Shown here in pieces: positions 38,795 to 50,300 of a stretch of 64,000 nt of DNA (its first letter is position 1; the number at the start of each line of letters is the position of its first letter). The DNA is from Lepidodermella squamata. Taxonomy: Eukaryota > Animalia > Gastrotricha. The notes under the pieces were generated by a model. The model had not been told where the DNA came from. It was given only the letters and a program-made list of their open reading frames with translations, and did not search any database. The DNA lies in contig JBLDXI010000001.1 of the NCBI GenBank assembly GCA_047495785.1, forward strand, positions 2,604,001 through 2,668,000, read 5' to 3'. Both the position numbers and the translations under genes were made by a program.

Positions 38795-39405
38795 ATTTCC
38801 TAAATAACAAGTGATACTTCAGGTGAGAAAAGCGAAAAAACGGGACATTCAAGCAAGGATTCTAACTAACCCTACCCCTAACCCATCAGAATACCACAAC
38901 CTGCGTGCAAGTATAGGGAAATCAATCTTCAAAATGAATGGCCAAGGGCTAAGGGACCACTCTTGATGCTTGCTGCGAGTTTGCACTAGAAAATTGAAAC
39001 AAATTTCATATAAACTAAGCATTTTGTGATATGTAACAATTTCCGGCAGCTATGTGCGAATTTCCGCATTAATTATTCAGCGAATTCATGGGATAAACGT
39101 GTCGTTGCTATGCACGCTTAATTACCCCAAACAATAAAATATCGACGTTCAAATTACTGACTTCATAAAAAATATATTTTTGAGAAATTATATATTTAGT
39201 GTCAAAAGTAATTGAACCACACGCGTTTGCCCGTCACGATTGCGGCCAGGGTCGCGTGTTTTTGCCCTGTCATCATCACAAGTAGCGGTTTGCGATATAA
39301 CGCGCAAGGAATTGAGCGTGTTTCCTTGTATTCTTGGTTGCTGTTCAAGCTTCTCTGAGCTTTTAATCATTTCTTAAAGTTTTATCGATCGAGATATCGC
39401 AAACA

Positions 39406-40767
39406 ATGTCAATCAAAGCTTTGCTGTTGGTTTTGCTTCTTGGGCTAGGTAAGTACCATTTGGCTAGTATATTCAGATGGTGTCGAACGTCTTCCTAAAA
39501 GCAGTTGTATTTGATTTTTTCATTTGAATATGACTTGTCGATGTGAAGAATAGTAATTTTAGTTCATTCGTTGGTGGGCTTGTGTTCATATTAGTGACCA
39601 CACGCTCAATATATGTTTGAAACATTACCTTACTTTTTCTCTATTATTTCCAGCTTCGTTTGCCAGGGCCGATGATCTTGATGACGAAGTGAACGTTGAA
39701 TCCGAGGAGCAAGCTGTTCCCCCGGAAACCGCCGAAGATGTCGAAGATGCCACGAAGTTGAGCAAGGCTTCGCCTGATGCTGACGTTGCATCTCATGTCG
39801 TTCAAATGGACAACGGAGCATTACCTTCGAATGAATTCATCACTGTTCTGGTTGGCTTTGCAAACACCGGCGAGAAGGAACTCTTTGTTGATGGCATTGA
39901 AGCTTCTTTCCGTTATCCTCAGGACTTCAACTACTTCATCCAAAATGTGAGTTATCGCTGTAGTATTTATTACGAGATTTTAATTGTTACTTTTAAATTT
40001 AGTTCACCCATTTCCGTTACAATCGTGTTGTCCCGGCGAAGACTGAGGCCAGCTTCATGTATCGCTTCTTCGTTCACGAGTCTTACCACTCGCGCTCTAT
40101 GGGTCTTTCGGTCAATGTCTATTACCACGATTTGGAAGGCAAGGTTTTCGAGTCGGCTGCTTTCAATGAAACCATCCGCATTGCTGAACCCGTCGAAGGA
40201 TTCGACGCTGAAGCTTTCTTCCTGTACGTTCTGCTGGCTGCAGTCGTTGCTCTTCTTGCTTTCGGTGGCCATCAGCTGTTCCAGACCTATGGCGTAAGTT
40301 TACAAGTACTTGAATGTTTAGCTAGTTTTACGCCATGTTTATACATAACATTGAGTAATCCTTATTATGTAGAGCGTCTTCCTAAAAGCAGTTGTGTTTG
40401 ATTATTTTATTCAAATTCGACTTGTCGATGTGAAGAATATTACATTTAGTTCATCCGTTGGTGAGCTTGTGTTCGACTAGTGAACATTAGTTCAATATAT
40501 GTTTGAAACATGCCTTATAAATTTGTTTTATATTTATAGCGTCGCATGGTTTCGTCGAAGCCCTCTGCTCCAGCTGTTGAGACTGGCACGCAGAAGTCTG
40601 ATGTTGACACCGACTGGCTTCCCAAGGAGCTTCTGGCCTCTCTTCAGAAGCCCGCTGCTGCCAAATCTAAGAGCCCGAAGAAGGAAAGCAATGGTACTAA
40701 GCGATCGCCCAACTCCGATACTGAATCCCGCCAAAGGCGCTCGCAGGGCACCAAGTTGGTTGAATAG
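39406..40767 (+). CDS. SSR1: Translocon-associated protein alpha (TRAP-alpha)
   Basis: Exons 39406-39448, 39654-39946, 40003-40293, 40540-40767. Signal peptide, acidic N-terminus, ASPDAD, EASFRYPQDFNYFIQNF, FNETI, TM segment, VDTDWLP. Confidence 0.95.
39488..39627 (+). ncRNA. Intronic box H/ACA snoRNA, SNORA21/snR10-like, copy 1
   Basis: In SSR1 intron 1. Hairpin, H box ATAGTA (39550-39555), hairpin, ACA (39622-39624). Guide pockets AAAAGC/TGTCG and GGTG/CAAT lie 14 and 15 nt from the boxes. Confidence 0.85.
40375..40513 (+). ncRNA. Intronic box H/ACA snoRNA, SNORA21/snR10-like, copy 2
   Basis: In SSR1 intron 3. H box ATATTA (40437-40442), ACA (40508-40510). Guide pockets identical to copy 1; differences concentrate in upper stems and loops. 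Confidence 0.85.
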
Positions 40768-41341
40768 GTCTCTCAAGCTGAACCCTCGTTGTCTTCTTCA
40801 TTGTATTTCATATACGTCGTAATTGTCAAAATATCGTATAACACTGATGAATTTGGTTTGATTTTCCTTATTGTATTTGCTTCAAAACATGTTTAGCGAG
40901 GAAAGTCGAAGAATTGTGTGAACCTGTTAGTGCTGTTATGCTCCGTCTCTCATGCATGGGCCTGGAAGGCTAAGTAGCTGCTATATGTGATTGACTGCAT
41001 GCTGATTTCATCTGTAAACATCAACTCAGCCAAGCAGCTATGATGCCTGTTCATGCATTTTGCATTCCAAGTTCTCTTCTGTAATAATTAAAACAACAAG
41101 ACTCACCTGTTTTGGTGGTGTTTAAACATGTATTGTCTATCATTCAGAAAGTGCGTTTTGGTTTTGCTATTAAAAGATTGAGAAGATGTCAAGTAGTACG
41201 CCATATTATTATTTATCGTATGAAGTTCTGACTTTTCACGGCGAAGTTGTCATCAATGGTCAACATCAACAAAAAAATAATAAAAAAGATTCTTGTATTT
41301 GCTATGTCTGATTTTGGTCTAGCTAACTAATTTAATTTGAC

Positions 41342-42777
41342 ATGGCTGATACCTACGAGCCAATTTTTGATCCCGTGATCTACAAGGCAATGCGATTGGT
41401 ATACGAAGACAACTTTGATTCGAGTAAAGAGCTGAAAGAAATGGTTCTCAATGCTTTGCAGAACCGTAGCACTTCCGCTTCACCCATTGAGGTAACCAGC
41501 TAGGGGAAAAATTCGTTTCAGCTCCATTTTTTTATCGTGCTAGGAGGCTCCTAGCGCTAGCAGACCATCATCTTCCAAGGCCATTTTACCGGAAACTGGA
41601 AGGGTATATACTGAATATTAGAAATACGTGGACTTATTGAAAATCAATTCAATAAGGTTGCTACTGCCAAGGAAGATGCTATCGAGATTAAGGAGGATCC
41701 GGCTGATTTCGATGAAATTCCAACCAGTTCAATATCAATTGCACGGAAATCAGCGGGGTATACTTCCGACGGATGCTGCGTTTGCCAGTGAGTTTGTTAA
41801 CTTACGACCAGGTATGATTTCATGTTTCATCTGTTTGAAGGAAGTCGCGAAACGAATCGCCGGGCAATAAGCTATTCGAATGCACCGAGTGCCATCGCAT
41901 GTATCATCAGGTAAATTGATTGAATGAAATGTGAAACATTTTTCAGAGCGTTTGCTCATGCAGAATTGCCATTCGCCTCCAATTCGCGACAAACCAGACT
42001 GCAAGGTGGATGACCCTAGATTCGTGTTTTATTGCTGTGATTGCGCCCCGGTAGCTGCGCCTGAGACAATGGTATTGTGTGACTTGATGATTACTGTTGA
42101 ACCGATGAAAAATTGTCTTTCGTAGGTTACAAATAGACCAGCTGCGGCGTCTCGCACGGCTTCGTCTACGAATTTAACTGCAGGCTGGACGGTTAATCGG
42201 CCGTCCAGTGGCCAGAACACCACAACTGCTCAGCAATCGATCTTGGCCAAGGAATTGGGAGCTCCAAAGCCAGGTATAGCCATTTGAAAAAATCACAAGA
42301 CCACCAGCTATTAAGTACTCGAAATTATTACATTGATTCTCGGGAAGCAATCAATTTCAATATTTCAATCGAAGATTATTTTTTTTCAATTTTTTTTCCA
42401 ATCGAGGAAATCGACATCTCAGCATTTTTTTCTGCTAGATCTGAGTTAACTAGCAGGGTCCCATCGACTATCTGTTTCGTGACTTTTTTTTTATAAAAAA
42501 ACTGACCCAGCAGTAGCCTGACTGACGAGTCCTATGAATTCATCCGGGAGAATCTCTATTCAAAAAATAGCGCGATTGAAATTTTCATTAAAATCAGAAC
42601 CCGAAGTTCCTTAATTTGCCTGATAATTCGAAAATTAAATTTTTTGGCTTGGCTTAAAAAAATTCGGCCGTGTTCATTGACAATATTTTTATGCTAGATT
42701 ACTGTCTCTATTTTTCGCTATTAACAAGTGTCATGTTTCTCTCAGGTAAACGTCGGCTTCCCTCGGAAGATGACTGA
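41342..42777 (+). CDS. INTS12: Integrator complex subunit 12 (PHD finger)
   Basis: N-terminal microdomain FDPVIYKAMRLVY...SSKELKEMV. Spliced PHD finger CCVCQ...GNKLFECTECHRMYHQNCHSPP...DDPRFVFYCCDC. Last exon 42746-42777. Confidence 0.88.
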
Positions 42778-42948
42778 AAAATCGATTGGCTGAGTTGACT
42801 CTTGAATCGCGTCTTTCGCGCTTTTTGTTGTGCGAAAACCAGTTGACTACTAATACAACCGCTATTAAGCATAACAAACAAACAGCCTCTCGACGTGTTG
42901 TTTCATGTAGGTGTATATTTTACGAGTGTTTAACGTGCGCAAACAACA

Positions 42949-43756
42949 ATGTCGCGTCAAAAGACCCTCGCTGACGTGTTGCAAGCCGCTGGCTCAGCGA
43001 CTCAGCCTGAGTTGACTCAAGAGTACTTTTTGGCCGGCAGCGTCCTCGACTCGCAAAAAGACGCGCTAGTTCATCGATTGATTGCGATTTCCGACACCAA
43101 ACCGCTGCCATTTTTCGAGCACGAAATTCTATTAGGACTTCGTAAGTTTTATTTCTATTGAAATTCGCCTGAATAATTCACTCGAAAATCGCAGGAGTCG
43201 AAAATTCACAAAAGGTGGAGCTGAGGTTTCGCAGAACTTTGGAATCAAAAGATAACGTGCCTTGGTAATTTTAACCAGAAATTTCATGGCAAAATAAATA
43301 ATTATTTTTGTCAGTTTTCTACGTTATCATGGCCAAACAATGGATGCCGATAGGACATCAGCCGGTTTGGGTCCGAATGCAGTTGCGCCATGTAATATTC
43401 GGCATATCGTCGAGGCAGCAGTTAGTCCAAATGTTGTCGATGTCCTGAAAGATGTCGGTTTCATCCCTGAATTCGAGTTCGTAGCGAAGGGTTTGACGTT
43501 CTGCCGCGGCTGTGTCCGCATCACCCTCAGCAAAATTCACCGGTATTAATTTTACAACTTAGCCAGTAAATATAAATAATAATAATTTTGTAGGGTCGTT
43601 CAGCCAGGCAACGCGATGGGCCCGCTGGATCCTATTAACAAGTCGTGGCTCATTGAAATTTCAAGCATGTCCGATGGCCCTTCGCCAGCCGTAGTCGATC
43701 AAGTTCGGTCGACGGCCGACTGTTTGCGGCCTCAAATCGAAATCGTCAAGCAGTAA
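42949..43756 (+). CDS. MED18: Mediator subunit 18
   Basis: QEYFLAGSVLD...LVHRLIAISD, FFEHE, GFIPEFEFVAKG, SWLIEIS, ADCLRP; short GT-AG introns; stop 43754-43756; AATAAA at about 43816. Confidence 0.9.
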
Positions 43757-43843
43757 TTGCCGAAAATCCTACCGTTGACTTTCATTTGAAGTGATAATAT
43801 CTTATCAATTTTCGAAATAAAAGTTCGTTGACACGTTTTATTT

Positions 43844-44138
43844 GGATCCTCCTTTTACCAGAACAATATTTGAGCGGAACCAAATTTGCTGTCAGCGGAA
43901 CCACATTTTGGAATTTTCTAGTGGCCTGAAATCACTTTTCAGATATTTCTTGCGGGTTAAGATTAACTACAATAATTCTAGAAAAATCGGCAGTAAATTC
44001 AGCGTAAAATTCTCTATAAGACAGGGTGTTCAATTCAGAACTCATGCTTCGCCTCGAATTCTTAGAATTATTCAAAAAATAGCTCTTGGCACATTTCGCT
44101 GCGGCATATTTGGTTCCGCTGAACGATATTCCGACTTT
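43844..44138. mobile_element. MITE family copy 3, between the convergent 3' ends of MED18 and EB-like gene C
   Basis: gagcggaaccaaatttgctgtcagcggaacc left end and ttggttccgct right end, with the same core as copies 1 and 2. Boundaries approximate. Confidence 0.85.
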
Positions 44139-44141
44139 ATT

Positions 44142-45564
44142 TTAGTAGAAAAAGTTGTGACTAGTTACAATGCGAAAGAAATCTTCGAGCTCAATAATCA
44201 GGTTAGGGTAGATCATATCAAAGGACATTGAGAGAGCCGTCTGTTTATCGATTTGCTTTTTCGTCGGTCCCCGCCGAGTCGTGTCGATTCTACCCGCAAT
44301 ATCAGTGTAATTTCCTAAAAAGAGAAATTAAGGAAGTCGTTATTTTATAATTTCGCGAGACTCACGGCACAATCCTTGGCTGTAATTGAGTCCGTCCGCA
44401 TCAATATCCTCTGGGCACTGAAAATATTCATAATTTTATCTAAATTTTTCCATCGCTCATATAATTACCCTGTAGCAAACGTTACCAGCTCCACAAATCG
44501 GAACTTCAATGATGTAACTGAAATAAACTGAAGATTCGTTGGATTTATTAATATTTCGAGCGTAATTTTTCATTTACCTGGGTCAGTCGTACAAGGGCGT
44601 CCGACAGCTTGATTCAAAACTGCGTCATTCGCCACGCAAATTGTTTTAGTAATGACACTCTTGGTCGAGGTGTCGAACCAAGTTATCGCCGTTTCTTTGC
44701 CATCTTGCGGCGAACATCCGCATGTTCCATTCAGGCAAGCGCCGTAGTCGAAGGTATAGCCTGAGAAGCTGTTGCCAGGGCCGAGACAATCAACGTCTTC
44801 CGAACAAGAATCGCCGAATTCGCGTGCGACGCACCTGTTAACGGCAGGGTCGAAACGCATATAACGCTCGGGACATGTGCATTGCTGAGTTTCGGTATCG
44901 CAGATGAAAATCGGTAGGCATTCCGCGTAAGATGAGCAATTCGATCCGTAAAAATGGCTGGTTTCTTCGGCGAATATCATAAGGCAAACTGCGCCAATTT
45001 GCTAGAAAATAACTAGTAGTTTCGCTTTGAATCTTTGATTGAAGCAATAAATTACGTAAAATCCAGATGCGCACTTGACAGTGTCTTGACAATAGGAGCC
45101 ATGGGGTAGAATTTCGTTTGGTGCAGCTGTACAATTGTCGCCAACAAACTTATACTCCACTAGAAATGCGTTAAAAAATTCGATGAAATTATTTTGCCAT
45201 CCATATTTTCCAAACCTTGTTTGCAACCGCCGTCGATGCCGAGGGCGAAGCCCTCTAAACATTCACAAAGGCCCACTTCGCAGGCTGGAGTCTTTTGAGG
45301 GAATGAATTAAAATTGGGCATAAATTCAAAGGAATAATTCATACCATAAAATTATTCACTACGCAACGTTCGTTAACATCTCTTCCGCAATCTTCATCTT
45401 TGGTGCAAACTGTTTAAAAGGAGATCAGGTGAAATTCGATATCGGATTAGCAGTGGAAACTCACGGTTTCCTAATTTGCTATATTCCCGCCAGTGATGGT
45501 CAGCAAAAGCTTCGGCGGTAAAGAAAAAAATAGTTAAAAATAGATATGCAATTTTCGTCTGCAT
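44142..45564 (-). CDS. Cysteine-rich (EB-like) protein C, shorter paralog of A and B, likely secreted
   Basis: Signal peptide MQTKIAYLFLTIFFFTAEAFA. CTAAPNEILPHGSYCQDTVKCASGFY and REFGDSCSEDVDC...ITKTICVANDA...CTTDP align with A and B. Multiple short introns; stop 44142-44144. Confidence 0.8.
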
Positions 45565-45811
45565 TCAAATAATGATTTGGCTGCTGTCTCGGCACCTAAA
45601 GGTTGAAAAGCACAGGTGTGATAACGGACGCACCCTCAAGTGGCTCGTGGGTGCAAGCCAAATAAACTGGTATACAAAAGATCGAAAATTCAATGGATTG
45701 TTGTGCTAATATTTGTTTTATTCATTTTGCCTTAATACAAAAGTTATGAGCAGTCGAGACATTTGCCTCTAGGTGCAATTTGATCGTTCCATTTCGTATA
45801 ATCCTGAAGTT

Positions 45812-46415
45812 TTAGTTCCGCAATGAATTTAGAAAAAATCCAATTAACACGCCAGTCAAAGTCACAACAACACTACTTCTACTGAATGTCTGATGTGAGC
45901 CATTACAGAAATCGCCATCGTTACAGTAACAAAGTTCAACAAATGAGGAATCTCCTAATAGAACTTCACAGCCCATGCGACTAGTGTGGGCTGGGTCATT
46001 GTCTTCCAAACAATAGCGCGCGTCGATAATTGTCTCTGAAATTGCAAATTGAATAAAAAATAGCCCTTTAAAAATAATAGATCTAGGTAACCTGTTTTGA
46101 CATGTTTATAGAATCGAATATAAGACCAGGCTAAAAAAGGAAGTCTGATAAAAGTAGTGAAACCACTCAAATTTCGCGAACCTGTTTGTTTGACGCAAAC
46201 TGCGCAGCTAGTTCGATTCATTGGCTGGTCACACGGAACACCAACGCCGTACAAATAGATGTTGCACTCGAAGCAAGTAAGATTTTTCGCAGCTGATTTT
46301 ATATTTTAATATTAAAACTTTCCAGCGGGTAACCATGAAACTGAAACTAACCATGGCAGACATTGGCAATCAGTAATACGCCAGTAAACAAGATGATCGA
46401 ATGCCAGTCGACCAT
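45812..46415 (-). CDS. Ly6/uPAR three-finger protein (quiver/sleepless-like), probable GPI anchor
   Basis: Signal exon 46415-46352, then LTCFECN, CAVCVK, RYC, GC, LCYCNDGDFCN and a hydrophobic C-terminal tail. Confidence 0.85.
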
Positions 46416-47395
46416 TATATTCTTTGCGTTGAAATCTATTCTCCGTTTTTCTTCCCTCTTACTTTTCTCTAGCATTAATGGTTCGCCATCTGAGTGTGCT
46501 TTATCAGCAGAGATAAGGACATGCATAATCAGGGGCCTTCAGCATTCTCTCGGTAATTAAAGTAACACCGTGAAATAATTTTTAACACGATAGGAATTTT
46601 ATCCGGTACGAGGCCAGCTTTGACAGGAATAGAAAGAACTTATCGTTTCTATCTTGTTTCGAACTTGCTTGTCTTCATTTTAGTGTAGGAAAGCGCAGTT
46701 TTATTGTTAAGGATGCAATTCTTGAGATCGATTGTTGTGGTTCTGCTCTTTCATTAGCCTCTGATGCTCATATGACTGTTAACTCGTGAAAAGTGGGTTT
46801 TGGCGAAATTTTTGACATCGTGAGATTTTGATGTCGCTTATAAGATAGATAACGAGGAGTCGAACGATATCAAAAAGAGGCTGATAGTCATCAGGGTTGC
46901 TGAGGAAATTGGCTTAAATTTTACGGGTGGAAATTACTAATTTCAAAAAAATTCATTAATTAATAATTAAAAAATTCCTATTTATGCAGTCGAGATTTTT
47001 GGGGTAATCTGAGTTGAGGAATCTTGCTAGATATTCAAACATTTGATTGAATCAAGCTAGTCAACCTAAATCGACAAGCTTTTTCGGTGACACTTTGGGG
47101 TCTCTCGTGAGGTGGATGGTAGCCTCCTTGAGGTCTGAATTTTTGAAATTCAAAGTCCTCAAGAAAAGCTGAGTATGGACATCTGGAAACCCAAGAATCG
47201 TCTCCAAGTCAACACACATTTTGCCATTTGCTGGAAAATACAGAAAATACGCCAAACCCGACTTTTCACTTGTTAGCGGTCGTATTGAATTTTTTTACTG
47301 AATGTTGAAAAACGTGGAATAAAGTTAATTCAACGTCATGCTTTTATTATTGCTCGATAAAACGGTTAATAAGAAAAAAGGTGAATGAGACAAGT

Positions 47396-50300
47396 TCACA
47401 GAAATTGCTTGACTCGAGCCGGTCGTCGAACAGCGTTGCTGTAGCCTTCGTTGAATCGGTACCACACCTTATCGCGAGACCGGCTGTTCGGCGGCGAGCG
47501 CAAAAGCGCGTTGAAAGCACCGTTTCCACCAGCTTGTTTGCTATTTTTCTTAGCGGTAGAGGATCGTGTGAAAAATGAAGAGATCGCAGTTTGAACTTTT
47601 TGCTCGCCTTGACTCAGCCCATCGTCCAATTGCTTCATGAACTGAGCGTGCGCCTTTTCCTGCTCGGCAATTGCGGTGGCGCTCATTAATGGGGCTTTTT
47701 TCAGATCATCGGCGCTTGGCAGCGGCAGGTCATTTGGGCCATGGTTCAGTGGGCCACATTTCACCGAAGCCCGTCTTGCAAGGTACATTGTAATCTAAGA
47801 AGAGAAAATAGATTAATCGAAGCGAGATAACATGCTATAGTTAAAAATTTTTTAAATGAATTGAGCTTCCCTATTTTATCTTGATACAGATGGTGGAGCG
47901 GAAAAGCCGATGCTCTTGATTTGAATCCCAAATGTATTGCCAGAAAAATCTTACAGAAGTCAAATTTGTCATAAGAATAGTAATCAAATATGTCTCTTGT
48001 GAATGGGATTAAAAAACTCCGAAAAAATTTGATCCAACCAGGTAAAAACCGAAAATTACCGAACCAGTTACCATCAGAGTTTTCAGGGTTTTCTCCGGTA
48101 AAATTTAAAATTCTTCGGCAAAACCGTGGATACAGAATAGAAAATTGGGCTTAATTTCGAAAAATTTGTTTAATTTCCTTAAAAAAATTGCAAAATTAAC
48201 AAATGGTTGCACAACTCATCCACCACTGCCAAATTTTCCAAATTTACACGCATTTTCCAATGTTAAAAATAAAACCAGTTTTTATGCTGTGCTTTTTCTA
48301 TTATAACGGAAAATCATCGGGAACGATGTGGTAAATTATTTGGAATGTTTCTAACTATTCGTGAAATTATCGAAAATGCTATGCGAATTATTTTCCAACT
48401 ATTAATTTGTTTCCGCTTCCGACAATATTTGGTCCCACTAAACAATCCAATCTCTCGAAAAATCGATGTTGCCGGATGAACAGATAAAAAGTCGAATCGA
48501 CTCACCTCAGTAGCAAGAAGTTGCCGGATGGATTGCGGCAAACGCCAAACATTTGCAGCCTGAGATCGTTCGTTTTCCTCCGGGTTGGCTCGCGGTATCA
48601 TATCGGCTTGAATCGCGCGCCTTTCAAACACGACCAGAGAATCAACGGGCCTAAAGTAAAGGATAAAAATGAGAAATTGATCAGAAATGCTCCGACGATA
48701 ATGACCATCTTGGTGTCATTTTTGACCTAAAATTTGAGAATATTATTTCCCACTCGTAGTTTCATAATGCTGATTCCTATAAGAGCAGTCCAGTAACGGC
48801 CGCCTATCTACGCTCGTAAGGTCGTGAATCACGTGACAAGGGCTGACCAACGTGATGCCTGGCTACGTGATGACTGGGACGAGGCGCTGATGCTCACAGC
48901 AGCTGCCGGAGGTGCCTAAATCGGTCATTTTAGCCGCCGCAAAATTGCTACGCCACCTGTTTGCCAAACGAATTTCGATGCTGGACGCCGAGAAGCAGAA
49001 AGCTACGTCGTAAGCCGGTTGACTCCGGATTACGCCTTGTAGATGAGTAGCTCAATGACCGTTTTTTATCTGATTGAGAAGAAATTATCTCATGAAAACT
49101 ACGAAAATGACACGAACGCCATGAAAGCAATCTGTTTGTCTGGTACATTCAATCTGGGGCGAAAAATCGTGCAATTTTGATCAAAGAGAACGGAAACTTT
49201 ATCCCGTTCAAGTTTTCCGGTAAATCGTGGATGGATTGGTCCGAAATGCCTACCTATGCTGTTGACGCCCAGCAACCTGTCGAGCATGATCAACTTCAGC
49301 AGGCACCTGTGGATTACCCGCAGTATTGGGTCGTCGTCAATGGCTGGCTGTTTAGCGTTTACTGGGGCGATCAGGAAAACTGGACGGAACAAGTCGAACA
49401 AGCGTAGCGGTTGGTCGGGTCGAGGACTTGTCAGGGCCACAAGTCGTTGCAACGGTGTTTTTTTTAATTTACCGATTAATCGATATGAAACGGAGAAGTC
49501 CAACTTAAACTAACAATAACGAACGCTTTAAAAAGCCCAACGTCTAAAAATGTGCTTATGATGCATGCCTGGATATGGACTGGCGACCGCCATCTTAAAA
49601 CAATCGCTAACGGCAACGATCTAGCGACGAAGGTAGGCCGTCTTTTATTTAGGCAAACTATCGCCATTACTGGCTTCCGGAAATCACGCGTCAAACTAAC
49701 TTGACCTGACTGAAGATCATGGCTTGAAGCTCGTTAATTCGATTCCGAATTACGAAAATTGCAATCGTTTGTGGATGGGACCTTCAAATGCGCTCCGGTC
49801 ATTTTTTACTAAATCCTCGTGTTCCTGACCTTGGTCAAAAATAAGTTCGCTGTTCCGGCTTGCTACATCCTCGTGACCAACAAATCGCAAGAACTGCATC
49901 TCCGAGTTATTAGCTATCTGCGCGATGAAATGATGAAACTGATCGCCACGATAACTGATGATGATGTCGACTCTTCCGAGGAAAACTAACGAGCGAAAAT
50001 TTAGTGCTCAGGTCATTTTCTAAGAATGAGTAGTGATTAGTTATTTGCTTACGAAATGGCCACGATTTGGACGAGGGCAACAATGATAACATCAAACCCA
50101 AACGCTCGAACTCGAAAATGACTCAGGGGTTACCTTTACCTGTCAATGCCATATTTTATCGAATATTATCCTACCTCAAATAATAACCCCCGAATAATAG
50201 TCCTAAAAATTCACGTAAATACCGAGTCCAAAGGTTAATAATATCCTGCCTCGAATAATAGCCAGGCGGCTGAAAAGCGGTTTAAGCCTAGACAATCGCC

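Noticed and set aside
38863-38887. Telomere-like taaccc units
   Set aside because: Only about three degenerate units.
42523-42545. ctgacgagtcc hammerhead-like core in an INTS12 intron
   Set aside because: The required GGAC-GAAA and stem III are missing.
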